Assembly: GCA_034189085.1 (NCBI GenBank)
Contig: JAXHVH010000008.1
Coordinates: 104-64,103, forward strand
Direction: 5' to 3'
DNA from: Bacillota bacterium
Lineage (GTDB): Bacteria > Bacillota > Dethiobacteria > DTU022
DNA: 64,000 bases
Below, piece by piece: positions 1 through 11,095 of the stretch. The notes under the pieces were generated by a model. That model was given only the letters and a program-made list of their open reading frames with translations. It made no database searches and had not been told where the DNA came from. Numbering within the stretch: the first letter of the stretch is position 1; each line of letters starts with the position of its first letter. A program made the position numbers and the translations under genes.

Positions 1-119
1 CTTTTTAATATTCCTTCAAGTTTGAAGGCCGCCTTCTCGAGGACTTTTCGGAGGGCTTTATTTCGCGCGTAGGGCAGGGCATATATTCTGATAATATCAT
101 GATTGTTGAAAAGCCAACT

Positions 120-368
120 TTAGCGGTCTCTTTCCAGATCGTAAATTATTTTTTCCAGGTACCATTCTTCAGTACGGCCTGGATAACGCTTCTGCAAAAC
201 GCTGATTTGCCTGTTGATTATCTCATCTGCATCATCATGCGCGGTATTTAGCAACCGGCGGGCATCCCGGCGTAAGGCATTACTTTTCCCCATGCCCCGT
301 CGGTTATACTTCCATATAAAATATAGAAGAGCTGAAACTAAAATTATTACGAGAATAGCAATGTCCAT
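120..368 (-). CDS. Hypothetical small protein with N-terminal transmembrane helix
   Basis: 82-aa ORF. The N-terminal segment is hydrophobic (ILVIILVSALLYFIW) and is followed by a charged tail. No recognisable family. Confidence 0.35.
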   Translation of the reverse strand: MDIAILVIILVSALLYFIWKYNRRGMGKSNALRRDARRLLNTAHDDADEIINRQISVLQKRYPGRTEEWYLEKIIYDLERDR

Positions 369-1000
369 TTTTATGTCCTCCCAAAAATACTTCTTGTAGT
401 ATTATTATAAAAAATCAGAAAGAATTTGCATCGATGTTTCATCATGAGCCAGCAGTTTCTGTTGTTTCTGCAGAAGCAAGATTCTTCTTTTTTTATTTAA
501 TACCATACCAGTCTGTATTTATCAATACAGGAATGAGCTGGATTAAATTATTGCCGAAGTAGTTAGCACATCAATATGTTAACATGTGGTACGAATTGAA
601 AAAAAGCATAAAATGTGGTCAAGCATTAAAATAGTGTATCATCCAGTAATACATCGTTTCAAGGTCTTATTCCTCTTTTTATACCTAATTCCTTGTTATC
701 TACTTCAAACCTACTTTAAGGGCTCCGTATTCTTTAGGCGGTATTTAATATGATGGGTTGTGAGGAGATTAACTGGAAAACTGGTAGTGTGAGCTTTACT
801 TGAAGATTTTTTGATCATAGTTTTTGCCTGATGTGCGCTTATCTAAACCTGGTATTGCTTAAACCTGTCCCGGATTATAAAATGAGAAACGGATTGGTAG
901 AAAATTTACAGTGAGGTGGAACTATGAAAATTACCTAAGTTGTTGCATGCATGGTAGCAGGCCATGTTGATGAACAATAAATAGTGCTCCAGGAGGGTTA

Positions 1001-1770
1001 ATGATGAGCTATTTTAGTTTCAACAACAGTAGAATATATATTATAAAGAAATCGGCACAGGCAGCCCGCTGCCACTGCTTCATGGGAATACAGCATCCTC
1101 CAATATGTTTGCTCAAATTGCTGAGAAATGCGCAAGTGATTTCAAGGTGATTTTGCTTGATTTTTTAGGACATGGAAAATCGGACAAACTTCATGAATTT
1201 CCTGCAGATCTGTAGTTTAATGAAGCTGAACAGGTTATTGCTTTTTTACGAGAAAAGCAATATTCAAGAGTAAATCTTATTGGCAGCCGCGGGGGAGCTC
1301 TGGTTGCTATTAATGTTGCTCTGGAAGTACCAGAACTTGTCAACAGTGTCATTGCCGATAGTTTTGAAGGAGAGAAACCGGTTAAGGCATTTATAGAAAA
1401 GGTTAAGATGGAGAGAGCAAATTCTAAACATGACCAAAATGTGAAAATGTTTTATGCCTCTATGCACGGTTCTGATTGGGAGCAAGTTGTTGACAGTGAT
1501 ACAAACGCCATTATCCGGCATGAAAAAGAAATTGGCACATATTTTCATAAAAACCGGGAGTCCTTAAAACCGGAGATTCTTCTGACAGGCAGTAAAGAAG
1601 ATGAATTTATGTGTGCCATAGCTCCAAATTATTTGGAGAAAGTTTATGGAGAACTGATTTCAAAGATTGGGCATGGTAAAATTCATCTGTTCGACACTGG
1701 CGGACATCCTGCTATGCTTACTAATCCAGATGAATTATATCAGATAAGTGTTGCATTTTTTGATCTGTAA
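1001..1770 (+). pseudogene. Alpha/beta-fold hydrolase, disrupted by a frameshift and an in-frame stop
   Basis: A strong RBS (AGGAGGG at 991-997) precedes ATG 1001. The hydrolase-like reading (…GTGSPLPLLHGNTASS…LGHGKSD…) continues only in another frame after about 1045, so a frameshift is present. An in-frame TAG lies at 1213-1215. The nucleophile elbow reads GSRGG rather than GxSxG. The C-terminal 120 aa (1408..1770) are still open. Confidence 0.5.
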
Positions 1771-2046
1771 ATTTCTGTTTATCTGACAGCTTTTGTGGGT
1801 GCGTTCTTGTGGTTGCCCCCATGTTGTCACTTCAGGCTATTCAGGTGCGAAGTGCAAAATTGCCAGTAAGGTGTCGTTCTGCTGAATAGCTGAATCAATA
1901 ATGCTTTTAAAGAGGTATTTTTCTGTGCCATTCCGGATTCTTTTCCTGAAGGAATGTTCCTGCGGGCTAAAGAGAGAAAAATATGATATAATTTTCATTA
2001 GTTTTCCTATCATTATTTAAATATTATTGTAGAGGTGAATGCTTGG

Positions 2047-3768
2047 ATGAAGAGAACAGAACTATATGAAACAAGGCCAATCGAAAATCTGAAAGATATG
2101 CTGAAAAGCAGCGCGAGAATTTATGGAGATAAAGCGGCTTTTTTAGCAAAACCACGTGGCGGTGGTGAATATCAACCCATCAGTTACCAGCAGTATGAAC
2201 AAGATGTTAATGCTTTCGGAACGGCCTTAATGAACCTTGGCCTGGCGGACACGAATGTTGCCCTCATTTCTGAAAACCGCTACGGCTGGTCTGTAACCTA
2301 CCTTGCAACCCTTAACGGTGTAGGTACCATAGTCCCTCTGGATAAAGAATTACCTGAGCAGGAAGTGGAAAACCTTCTGCGGCGCTCCGGGGCAAAAGCC
2401 GTGGTGTATGGTTCCAGCAATGCTCAACAGATCTCCAGTATTGCACAGCGGCTCGATTTTATTGATTTTTATATCAATATGGATCTGGATGAAGACTCCG
2501 GGCAGGAGCTTTCGTTTGATCAGCTGCTGGCCAAAGGGCACCGGCTGCTGGAAAGCGGCGATGACAGTTACATATCCCGGGAAATTGATAATGAAGCGAT
2601 AAAAATTCTGCTTTTTACTTCGGGAACCACCGATATATCAAAGGGAGTAATGCTTTCCCATAAAAACATTTGCGCCAACCTTACGGCTATGAGTTCGATG
2701 CTTTATATTGGCGATCAGGATATTTTCCTTTCTGTTTTGCCCATTCATCATACCTACGAATGCACCTGCGGGTTTCTCTGCCCCATTTACCGTGGAGCGA
2801 CAGTTGCTTACTGCGAAGGCCTGCGCTATATCTCGGAAAATCTTGCTGAATCCAGGGCTACAATCATGCTCGGGGTTCCGCTCATTTATGAATCCATTTA
2901 CCGGATCATCTGGAAGCAGGCGGCCAAGGATCCGGCGACGCTGAAAAAGCTGAAAACGGGCCTTAAGATCAGCAATCTCCTGAAAAAAGTGCGCATAGAT
3001 GTCAGCAAAAAATTGTTCAAGCAGGTCCATGAAAAGTTTGGCGGGAACATACGTCTCTTCATCAGCGGAGCCGCTGCCCTCGATCCGGAGATTTCCGTAG
3101 GCATACAGGATTTGGGAATTCCAGTTGTCCAGGGCTACGGCCTGACGGAATGCTCGCCCCTTGTTGCCTTGAACAGGGATATCTGGTTTAAAAACGATGC
3201 TGCCGGGCTTCCCCTGCCGAACCTGGAAGTAAAGATCGACTCTCCCAATGAAGATGGAATCGGTGAAATAATCGTCCGGGGGCCGAGTGTGATGCACGGT
3301 TATTATGAGAACTCGGAAGCAACAGCTGAAGCGCTTAAAGACGGCTGGTTCTATACAGGTGATCTTGGCAAAATGGACAGCGATGGTTTTGTTTATATTA
3401 CCGGCCGCAAAAAGAATGTTATTATCACTAAAAATGGCAAGAATATTTATCCGGAAGAAATTGAAACACTTCTTAACCGCAGCCCTTATATCCTCGAATC
3501 GATGGTTTATGCTGGAGAAAATACTGCCGGTGATGATCTGATGGTAGCAGCACAAATAGTACCCGATCATGAAACTATCGGGGAGGACTTTCCGGATCAG
3601 GAAATGAACGAAGAACAGCTTCATGATTTAATTCAGCAGGAAGTGAAGAAAATAAACAGTCAGCTGGTTTCTTATAAGGGTATCAGGAAGATAATTATCA
3701 GAAAAGAAGAGTTTGCCAAAACAACGACCCGCAAAATCAAGAGATACGTGGAAGAAGCCCAATCGTAA
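2047..3768 (+). CDS. AMP-dependent acyl-CoA synthetase (long-chain-fatty-acid--CoA ligase family)
   Basis: AMP-binding signature LFTSGTTDISKGVMLSHKN, plus the YGLTE and GWFYTGD motifs. RBS GAGGTGA lies 7 nt before ATG 2047. The alternative GTG at 2035 overlaps the RBS. Confidence 0.85.
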   Translation: MKRTELYETRPIENLKDMLKSSARIYGDKAAFLAKPRGGGEYQPISYQQYEQDVNAFGTALMNLGLADTNVALISENRYGWSVTYLATLNGVGTIVPLDKELPEQEVENLLRRSGAKAVVYGSSNAQQISSIAQRLDFIDFYINMDLDEDSGQELSFDQLLAKGHRLLESGDDSYISREIDNEAIKILLFTSGTTDISKGVMLSHKNICANLTAMSSMLYIGDQDIFLSVLPIHHTYECTCGFLCPIYRGATVAYCEGLRYISENLAESRATIMLGVPLIYESIYRIIWKQAAKDPATLKKLKTGLKISNLLKKVRIDVSKKLFKQVHEKFGGNIRLFISGAAALDPEISVGIQDLGIPVVQGYGLTECSPLVALNRDIWFKNDAAGLPLPNLEVKIDSPNEDGIGEIIVRGPSVMHGYYENSEATAEALKDGWFYTGDLGKMDSDGFVYITGRKKNVIITKNGKNIYPEEIETLLNRSPYILESMVYAGENTAGDDLMVAAQIVPDHETIGEDFPDQEMNEEQLHDLIQQEVKKINSQLVSYKGIRKIIIRKEEFAKTTTRKIKRYVEEAQS

Positions 3769-3816
3769 AAGCCTGAGATTTGAGTAAATGATTCGGGTAA
3801 ATATGGTTTAGATAAA

Positions 3817-3856
3817 GCCTGCCCCGGCATTTTTGCCGGGGCAGGTTGCATTTATT
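3817..3856 (+). terminator. Rho-independent terminator after the acyl-CoA synthetase gene
   Basis: Perfect hairpin GCCTGCCCCGGC-ATTTTT-GCCGGGGCAGG followed by T-rich sequence. Confidence 0.5.
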
Positions 3857-3998
3857 TACGCTTGTTTGAGCAGTTTTATCCTGCCGTGTTGAAAGCCATT
3901 GCCGGGATCATTTTGAAAAGCAGTTTAAATCATGCTAACACGGCCTGCGACCGGCTGAACAGGTCGTGTTTTTAAAACCAGCTTGAACCTTCGTCCGA

Positions 3999-4520
3999 TT
4001 AATTTCCCCACCAGTCTTGCCCATCATTATTATCCTGCTCGCCATCATCTTCCTGCTCGTCATCATTATTCAGAAAGTTATCATCTGCTTGCTTCATCAA
4101 CCATTTTAAGCGTTCCTTTGTCCCTGGTTCTGGTATCCCTTCAGTACTGCTTTCTGACGAGCTGTTGGATTGTGATGGTGCCGGGGATGACGGTGCCGGG
4201 TCCTCCAGTGAATGTTCTACTGCTTCCGGTTGCGAAGATTCGGTTGTCTCTGGCTGTGCTGTTTCTAAGAGGCCCTCTTCTTCCGTATCGTCATTTTCAT
4301 CATCACGTTCTTTAAGATTTAAAGCAATTTCATTATCGTCTGCATCAGGATCTTCAGCGTTACGATGAGCCAAAAGAAGCCATTCCGGTAGAACGCTGTT
4401 CTGGCCACTGTTCTCATCTGTGGGGTCAGCACTGTTGCCTGATAAAATATCGCAGCCTGCCGATGAAAGCAAAAGGACTGCTGTAAGGGTCGCAATAAGC
4501 AAGGTCTTAAATCCGGGCAT
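3999..4520 (-). CDS. Lipoprotein with long acidic low-complexity region
   Basis: Signal peptide with lipobox (LLSSAGC). RBS AAGGAGG lies 9 nt upstream of ATG. D/E/S/N-rich low-complexity body. Confidence 0.5.
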   Translation of the reverse strand: MPGFKTLLIATLTAVLLLSSAGCDILSGNSADPTDENSGQNSVLPEWLLLAHRNAEDPDADDNEIALNLKERDDENDDTEEEGLLETAQPETTESSQPEAVEHSLEDPAPSSPAPSQSNSSSESSTEGIPEPGTKERLKWLMKQADDNFLNNDDEQEDDGEQDNNDGQDWWGN

Positions 4521-4910
4521 ATATAAATTCCTCCTTTAAAAGACCTTTCGTATGAGTTAAGCCCGATTTCCGGACATCTCCTTGTTCCAACGGGCTTATC
4601 GATTTGCATTATAACCGATGAAACAAATAATTGCAACTGCCCTCTCTTTTCTTGCTTTAAATATGATTTTTCTATTCATCCCCCTAATATTTTACTCATA
4701 GGCTACCGGTTGTGTGATTATGTTATAATATATTTTACGGTTTGCCATAATGAAATGAACCGTAATCATTATCCTAAAATGGCTTCGTCCCAGCAGGACC
4801 GATGGGGTTACTAAACGTTGTGGCAAAGCAACATAAGCTTAAAGCTGCAGGATATTCGGAAAAAGACTGTTGCAAAGCGGGATAGCTATTCAGGATCTGG
4901 AGGTTGAACT

Positions 4911-5564
4911 ATGGCTGAGACAAAAATATGCCCCTTTTGCCGGGCAGAAATACCGGCGAAGGCCATTAAGTGCCGTTATTGTGAATCAATGGTGGAAGAT
5001 GTCCCCCCGGAGGTAATGAGGCCCAAAAAAGCTGCTGATGCGCCTGCAGGTGAGAGGGAAACAATAAGAAAGCCAGCTGGATCATTTAGCGGTAAGGGAA
5101 TGCCTGTACGAGCAAGGAAACGTAACTTTGTCATTCCGCTGATAATTTTATGTTTAGTCCTGGTTATCGGAGGTGGAGCGTATTACTGGTTTTACCTGCA
5201 GGACGGAAGCTCTCCGGAAGTTGAAGCCCTGGGCAGCGAGCAACTGGTCGGTTCCTGGATGGGCGGAAGTGGGGAAAGCAATGTTTACTTTCAATTTTTG
5301 CCCAATGATATGGTTAACCTGGCTGTTCCTCCCGAAGGGTACTGGTTCAGGACCCAGTATCGCCTCATCCAATCCGATTCGACAAGTTACCTTGAACTTT
5401 ATCACCGCGGATTGGCCGACTGGGAAAGGGTTGCTGAACTGGAAGCAGGTAGTGAAGACACATTGATCATGACCGATACCTGGGACGGGATCAAAATCGA
5501 GCTGGGGAAAATAACTGATGCCGAATTCCGGGACGCAGTTGATGATCTGCAGTTTGAGCGGTAG
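4911..5564 (+). CDS. Zinc-ribbon domain membrane protein (hypothetical)
   Basis: N-terminal CPFC…CRYC zinc-ribbon, one transmembrane helix (FVIPLIILCLVLVIGG), C-terminal soluble domain. RBS GGAGG present. Confidence 0.5.
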   Translation: MAETKICPFCRAEIPAKAIKCRYCESMVEDVPPEVMRPKKAADAPAGERETIRKPAGSFSGKGMPVRARKRNFVIPLIILCLVLVIGGGAYYWFYLQDGSSPEVEALGSEQLVGSWMGGSGESNVYFQFLPNDMVNLAVPPEGYWFRTQYRLIQSDSTSYLELYHRGLADWERVAELEAGSEDTLIMTDTWDGIKIELGKITDAEFRDAVDDLQFER

Positions 5565-5673
5565 TTCTTAATGAGTGACAGTATGTGGTTAATGCAATGA
5601 GGATGTACAATAATGCCCCTGATGGGGCATTACTCTTGGAGGCGGGTGTTATAATAAACCGGGAGGCCTGCCT

Positions 5674-6123
5674 GTGAATACCGATGAACAATTCATGAAA
5701 GCAGCATACCGCGAAGCAGATGAAGCAGGAAGACGCGGAGAAGTGCCCATCGGGGCGGTACTGGTGAAAGATGGTTCCATTATTGCTGCTGATCACAACC
5801 GTCGTGAAGAATTGAATGATGCCACTGCTCATGCAGAGATCCTGGTTATCAGTAAAGGAGGATCCCTCCTGGGGGGGTGGCGACTGAATGAATGTACCCT
5901 GTATGTTACCCTGGAACCCTGCCCCATGTGCGCAGGAGCAATGGTTCAGGCCCGCCTTGGCAGGCTGGTTTTTGGTGCGCCCGATCCCAAAGCCGGTTCT
6001 GCAGGGACCCTTTATGACATCGCCAGGGACGATCGGCTCAATCACCGTTTGCAGGTTACTGCCGGGGTTTTAGGCGAGGAATGTGCTTCACTGCTGCACC
6101 GGTTTTTCAGTGAGAAGCGTTAA
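5674..6123 (+). CDS. tadA: tRNA-specific adenosine deaminase
   Basis: Deaminase zinc motifs HAE…PCPMC. GTG start with RBS GGGAGG 7 nt upstream. Confidence 0.9.
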   Translation: MNTDEQFMKAAYREADEAGRRGEVPIGAVLVKDGSIIAADHNRREELNDATAHAEILVISKGGSLLGGWRLNECTLYVTLEPCPMCAGAMVQARLGRLVFGAPDPKAGSAGTLYDIARDDRLNHRLQVTAGVLGEECASLLHRFFSEKR

Positions 6124-6200
6124 GAAGCCAATTTCGGAGACACCGGTGGTAAGGATTGCTTTACAAGGGTATGATCCTGTTGTATATTAATGTTAAATTG

Positions 6201-6290
6201 GGAGAGATGGCCGAGTCCGGTTGAAGGCGCACGACTCGAAATCGTGTGTGTCGCAAGGCACCGTGGGTTCGAATCCCACTCTCTCCGCCA
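6201..6290 (+). tRNA. tRNA-Ser (anticodon CGA)
   Basis: Cloverleaf recognisable: GGAGAGA acceptor, long variable arm, anticodon loop CU-CGA-AA, T-arm GGTTCGAATCC, encoded CCA. Confidence 0.85.
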
Positions 6291-6502
6291 CTGTCAATAG
6301 CGCACAGGTGGGAAAGACTCTTGCCTGTGCGTAAAATATTAAATAATGTTAATAATATAAATATTGATTAATGAATGAATATAAGCTATAGTGACATAGA
6401 TAGGCTCCAATATCATGTAATAACCCTGTGTACGGAGGTGATGAGGGGTTTTATTACCGCCTGTGTGTTCCAGTTATATAAATATTTAAGGGGGTTCATC
6501 AT

Positions 6503-8113
6503 TTGAGAAAATTTACTTTTACGGTTTTAATATTGCTGATTGGCATGACTTTGTTAATAGGTGGCTGCTCTGGAGACGACGGTACCACTGATGGTGGAGA
6601 CGCAATGGTTTTTCGCTATAATGTAGGGACCGAACCGGAAACCATGGATCCGCATCTGTCCACCGGTATACCGGAAGCGACAATTATGCTGCAGATCTAT
6701 GAAGGGTTGACCCGCCTCAATGAAGACGGGTTACCGGAGATGGCCCTGGCCGAGTCGGTTGATGTTAGCGATGACAGCATGGTTTACACTTTCCACCTGC
6801 GCGACGGTCTGGTCTGGTCGAACGGGGAGTCGCTGACAGCAGAAGACTTTGAAAAGTCCTGGAAACGCGCCCTTTCTCCCGAGCTGGCAGCTGATTATGC
6901 CTATATGCTCTGGTACATCAAGGGGGCGGAAGCTTACAACAGTGGCGAAGGCAGTGTTGACGATGTTATGGTCAAAGCGCTTGATGAGAAAACGCTTGAG
7001 GTGACCCTCGAGGCGCCGACCTCTTTCTTCGAATCACTGGTCGCTTTTAAAACCTACTACCCTCTATATCAGCCGGCCATTGAAGCCGATCCGGAAGGAT
7101 GGCACACCAGCGCCGATACCATAGTTGGTAACGGCCCCTTCAAGCTGGTCAGCTGGGAACAGGGAAAGATGGAATTCGTTCCCAATGATAACTATTATGA
7201 TGCAGAAGCGGTTGTCCTCGATCGCATGGTTTTTTCCATGGTTGAAAACGAAAGCACCGAGCTCACCATGTTCGAAACCGGTGAGATTGATATGACCCAC
7301 ACGGTGCCCGGACAGGAGATCCCTCGCCTGGAAGAGACGGGCGAGCTGCATATCCTGCCCTACCTCGGCACCTACTACTATATCTTCCAGATCGAGGAGT
7401 CTCCGATGGACGATGTCAACGTCCGCAAGGCTCTGACCCTGGCTATCGACCGGGAAGCCATTGTCAACAATGTCACTCAGGGTGGGCAGCTTCCGGCTTA
7501 TGCCTATGTGCCTTACGGAATTCCCGAGCCTGACGGTGTCGATTTCCGCGAAAAAGGCGGCGACTTTTTCTCCTATGATATTGAAGAAGCACAGAGTCTG
7601 CTGGCTGAAGCCGGTTATCCCGGCGGAGAAGGCTTCCCCTCGGTGGAGATTCTCTACAACACTTCCGAGATGCACAAGATGATCGCCGAGGCGATTCAGG
7701 AAATGTGGAAACAGAACCTGGGCATCGAAAATGTCACTCTGACTAACCAGGAGTGGGGAGTTTATCTCGACACCCGGGACGAGGGGGCATTCCAGATCGC
7801 CCGGGCCGGTTGGATCGGCGACTACCTTGATCCCTATACCTTTCTCGATATGTGGATGACGGGTAGCGGCAACAACAACTCCCGCTTTAGCAACGAGGAA
7901 TATGATAGTTTGCTAAAAGACGTCAGGATGACCGATGATGAAGTAGCCCGCATGGAAATGATGCACCGGCTCGAGGAGATCCTCATGGAAGAGATGCCGG
8001 TCTGCCCCATTTATTATTACACTGATCCGATCATGATTAAAGACCACGTCAAGGGCTATGTGAACATTGCTACTGGCGGTAAAGACTTCAAAGCTGCTTA
8101 CATCGAGCAGTAA
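6503..8113 (+). CDS. ABC transporter substrate-binding lipoprotein, oligopeptide/dipeptide (OppA/DppA) family
   Basis: Signal peptide with lipobox (LLIGGCSG). Family-5 substrate-binding-protein length and motifs. TTG start with RBS AAGGGGG. Confidence 0.85.
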   Translation: MRKFTFTVLILLIGMTLLIGGCSGDDGTTDGGDAMVFRYNVGTEPETMDPHLSTGIPEATIMLQIYEGLTRLNEDGLPEMALAESVDVSDDSMVYTFHLRDGLVWSNGESLTAEDFEKSWKRALSPELAADYAYMLWYIKGAEAYNSGEGSVDDVMVKALDEKTLEVTLEAPTSFFESLVAFKTYYPLYQPAIEADPEGWHTSADTIVGNGPFKLVSWEQGKMEFVPNDNYYDAEAVVLDRMVFSMVENESTELTMFETGEIDMTHTVPGQEIPRLEETGELHILPYLGTYYYIFQIEESPMDDVNVRKALTLAIDREAIVNNVTQGGQLPAYAYVPYGIPEPDGVDFREKGGDFFSYDIEEAQSLLAEAGYPGGEGFPSVEILYNTSEMHKMIAEAIQEMWKQNLGIENVTLTNQEWGVYLDTRDEGAFQIARAGWIGDYLDPYTFLDMWMTGSGNNNSRFSNEEYDSLLKDVRMTDDEVARMEMMHRLEEILMEEMPVCPIYYYTDPIMIKDHVKGYVNIATGGKDFKAAYIEQ

Positions 8114-8200
8114 ACTGCACTAAAAAAGCACAAGAGGTATACCGGAGACGGTAATGACCCCTGGTATACCTCTTGCTTTACTTTGGAGGTGTCCTGCCGG

Positions 8201-9130
8201 ATGCTCGGGTACCTGATACGAAGGCTTCTTTCTGCCATTTTTGCTATCTGGGTCGTCATTACGGTAACTTTTATATTCATGCATTTGATTCCAGGAGGCC
8301 CATTTCAAACCGAAAAGGCGATCCCGGAAGCGATTAAAGAGAATATCGAAGCCCGTTACAAGCTTGATCAACCTTTGCATATTCAGTATCTCGATTACCT
8401 GGGCAATGTTGTCAGGGGCGATCTTGGCCCTTCATACAAATACCGCGGGCAGACGGTAAACGATATCATCTCCGAAAGATTCCCCGTTTCGCTTCAGCTC
8501 GGCCTGCTGACTTTTGTTATTGCCATTGTCCTGGGAATGGGGGCCGGCATTGTTGCCGCCCTGTACCAGGGACGGATGCCTGATTACATAACCATGTTTT
8601 TCAGCACTGTCGGCATATCTGTACCCAGTTTTATCCTGGGTACTCTTTTGATGTACGTTTTTGCTTTCAGACTGGGCCTTTTGCCGGCTGCCATGTGGGG
8701 CACGCCTCAGCATGTGATTATGCCGGCGGTTGCCCTGGCCGGACTGCCAACTGCGTTTATTGCTCGCCTGACCCGTTCCAGCATGCTTGATGTGCTGAAC
8801 CAGGATTACATGCGCACAGCCCTGGCCAAGGGGCTCTCCAGGCTGAGGATAATCTGGGTCCACGCTGTCAAGAATGCCATAATTCCTGTAATTACCTATT
8901 CGGGGCCGTTGCTGGCAGCTATCCTGACCGGCAGTTTTATCGTTGAAAATATTTTTGCCGTACCCGGGCTTGGTAAGCATTTTGTAACCAGTATTTATAA
9001 CCGTGATTATACGGTCATTCTTGGACTTACCATATTTTACAGTATACTGCTGATCGGCCTGAACATGTTTGTCGATTTTGCCTATACACTGATTGATCCT
9101 CGGATCAAGCTTACAGGCGGTAAGGAGTAA
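8201..9130 (+). CDS. ABC transporter permease (OppB/DppB family)
   Basis: Multi-TM permease with the family-typical organisation. ATG 8201 follows GGAGG. The ORF track's upstream extension to 8183 is unlikely. Confidence 0.85.
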   Translation: MLGYLIRRLLSAIFAIWVVITVTFIFMHLIPGGPFQTEKAIPEAIKENIEARYKLDQPLHIQYLDYLGNVVRGDLGPSYKYRGQTVNDIISERFPVSLQLGLLTFVIAIVLGMGAGIVAALYQGRMPDYITMFFSTVGISVPSFILGTLLMYVFAFRLGLLPAAMWGTPQHVIMPAVALAGLPTAFIARLTRSSMLDVLNQDYMRTALAKGLSRLRIIWVHAVKNAIIPVITYSGPLLAAILTGSFIVENIFAVPGLGKHFVTSIYNRDYTVILGLTIFYSILLIGLNMFVDFAYTLIDPRIKLTGGKE

Positions 9131-9136
9131 GATGCC

Positions 9137-10075
9137 ATGCAATATCCAAAGGAATTATTTGTCAGGTTAACTGAAAAAGATGTGCAGGCCGAAATAATCC
9201 GTCCCAGCATTACTTACTGGCAGGATGCCTGGCGCCGCCTGAAAAAAAACCCGGTGGCCATGATCAGCCTTATTTTTATTGTATTTCTCTTGCTTGTTGC
9301 CCTTTTCGGGCCCTATTTTTCTCCTTACAGCTATTCTGACCAGGATTTTGACCGGCAGAATCAGGGTCCCAGTATAGAGCATCCCTTTGGCACTGACTCC
9401 CTGGGGCGGGATCAGCTGGTCCGTGTAATGTACGGGGCCCGGATCTCCCTTTCCGTAGGTTTTGTTGCTTCCCTGACTACTTTTATAATTGGGGTTATTT
9501 ACGGCGGCATATCGGGTTATGCAGGCGGCCGGGTTGACAATATTATGATGAGGATTGTTGATATTCTTTACAGTATTCCCTTTTTACTCTGGGTGATCAT
9601 GCTGATGGTCCTCTTTCGGGAGATTTTTCCGGCCACCGGTGGTGGAGCCGGTTTGTACAGTATTTTTATTGCCCTTGGGTTGGTCTTCTGGTTGCCCATG
9701 GCCCGTATTGTTCGTGGTCAGATTTTAAGTCTTAAGGAACAAGAATTTGCCCTGGCCGCCCAGACCATCGGTGCTCCGAAGTGGAAGATACTGTTCCGCC
9801 ACCTGATTCCCAATGCCATGGGGCCAATAATTGTCACGGCTACTCTCTCCATACCTGAAGCAATTTTTTCCGAAGCTTTTTTAAGTTTTATCGGCCTGGG
9901 CGTTTCCGCTCCCATGGCCAGCTGGGGGATGCTCGCCTCGGATGCGCTCTCTTCTTTGCGTTCTTTCCCTCACCTGCTGATGTTCCCGGCCCTGGCTATT
10001 TCGGTGACTTTGCTGGCTTTCAACTTTCTCGGTGACGGCTTGCAGGATGCCCTCGATCCGCGCATGCGCAAATAG
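9137..10075 (+). CDS. ABC transporter permease (OppC/DppC family)
   Basis: Multi-TM permease with the family-typical organisation, immediately following the first permease. Confidence 0.85.
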   Translation: MQYPKELFVRLTEKDVQAEIIRPSITYWQDAWRRLKKNPVAMISLIFIVFLLLVALFGPYFSPYSYSDQDFDRQNQGPSIEHPFGTDSLGRDQLVRVMYGARISLSVGFVASLTTFIIGVIYGGISGYAGGRVDNIMMRIVDILYSIPFLLWVIMLMVLFREIFPATGGGAGLYSIFIALGLVFWLPMARIVRGQILSLKEQEFALAAQTIGAPKWKILFRHLIPNAMGPIIVTATLSIPEAIFSEAFLSFIGLGVSAPMASWGMLASDALSSLRSFPHLLMFPALAISVTLLAFNFLGDGLQDALDPRMRK

Positions 10076-10087
10076 GAGGCTCTAATC

Positions 10088-11095
10088 TTGGAACAGTTCT
10101 TGAGTGTAAATAATCTGCATGTGCAGTTTAAAACTTACGCCGGTGTGGTAAAGGCAGTGAGGGGGGTAAGTTTTGATCTGCAGGCCGGCGAAGTCCTGGC
10201 AATTGTTGGTGAATCGGGATGCGGGAAAAGTGTTACCGCCCAGTCAATCATGCGCCTGGTTCCCGAACCGCCGGGCCAGATTACAGGTGGCTCAATTTTA
10301 TTCAATGGGCAGGATATCCTGTCCCTGTCGGAAAGACGCATGCAGTTTATCCGGGGCAACGCCATCAGTATGATTTTTCAGGATCCCATGACTTCTCTGA
10401 ACCCTGTGCTTAACATTCGCACCCAGCTGATTGAAAGCATCCGTCAGCATAAAAAAATGAGCACGGCCGAGGCTAACCACCGGGCTGTTGAAGTGCTTGA
10501 TCTGGTTGGGATTCCCGCTCCTGAGACCAGGCTTAAGCAATACCCTTACGAGCTGAGTGGTGGATTGCGTCAGCGAGTAATGATTGCTATGGCCCTGGCC
10601 TGCGATCCGCAGCTTTTAATTGCCGATGAACCGACTACTGCCCTTGATGTCACTATCCAGGCCCAGATCCTGGAGTTGATCAAGGAAATCAATAACCGGC
10701 TTCAGATGTCCCTGATCCTGATTACCCATGATCTCGGGGTTGTTGCCGGAATGGCCGACCGTGTCCTGGTTATGTATGCCGGTCAGATTGTGGAGACGGG
10801 GACGGTTGATGAGGTGTTGAAAAATCCTCATCATCCCTACACCTGGGGCCTGTTGCAGTCACTCCCGCGACTTGACATGACCAAAAAACAGCGGCTCCAG
10901 CCCATCTGGGGACAGCCGCCCGATCTGCTGCAGAATTTTACAGGCTGCCCCTTCCTGCCCCGCTGCGATTATGCTATGGTCATCTGCGGCCGTGAAATGC
11001 CGGAAGCTTTTGGCAACAACCGGGTCCGCTGCTGGCTTGAGCATCCTCAGGCGCCGAAGGTTGAGCGAAAAGTGGGGGGGGTTGGCAAAAGATGA
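10088..11095 (+). CDS. ABC transporter ATP-binding protein (OppD/DppD)
   Basis: Walker [12 protein letters not shown] signature LSGGLRQR, Walker [16 protein letters not shown] start 8 nt after AGGAGG. Confidence 0.85.
   Translation: MEQFLSVNNLHVQFKTYAGVVKAVRGVSFDLQAGEVLAIVGESGCGKSVTAQSIMRLVPEPPGQITGGSILFNGQDILSLSERRMQFIRGNAISMIFQDPMTSLNPVLNIRTQLIESIRQHKKMSTAEANHRAVEVLDLVGIPAPETRLKQYPYELSGGLRQRVMIAMALACDPQLLIADEPTTALDVTIQAQILELIKEINNRLQMSLILITHDLGVVAGMADRVLVMYAGQIVETGTVDEVLKNPHHPYTWGLLQSLPRLDMTKKQRLQPIWGQPPDLLQNFTGCPFLPRCDYAMVICGREMPEAFGNNRVRCWLEHPQAPKVERKVGGVGKR

Noticed and set aside
1-119. Minus-strand continuation downstream of the 120..368 ORF encoding a GNAT-like fragment (…IYALPYARNKALRKVLEKAAFKLEGI…)
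   Set aside because: Only about 37 codons are visible at the window edge, with no start codon in frame and the orientation is ambiguous. This is insufficient to call a gene.
2638-3624. 328-aa minus-strand ORF inside the acyl-CoA synthetase gene, and similar long antisense ORFs (5491..6045 in tadA, 14163..15014 in dnaX/ybaB, 7064..7675 in oppA, 11047..11568 in oppD/F, 8432..9142 in the permease)
   Set aside because: They are antisense to genes with strong family motifs. They have no RBS and odd composition, and are typical shadow ORFs in GC-skewed coding DNA.
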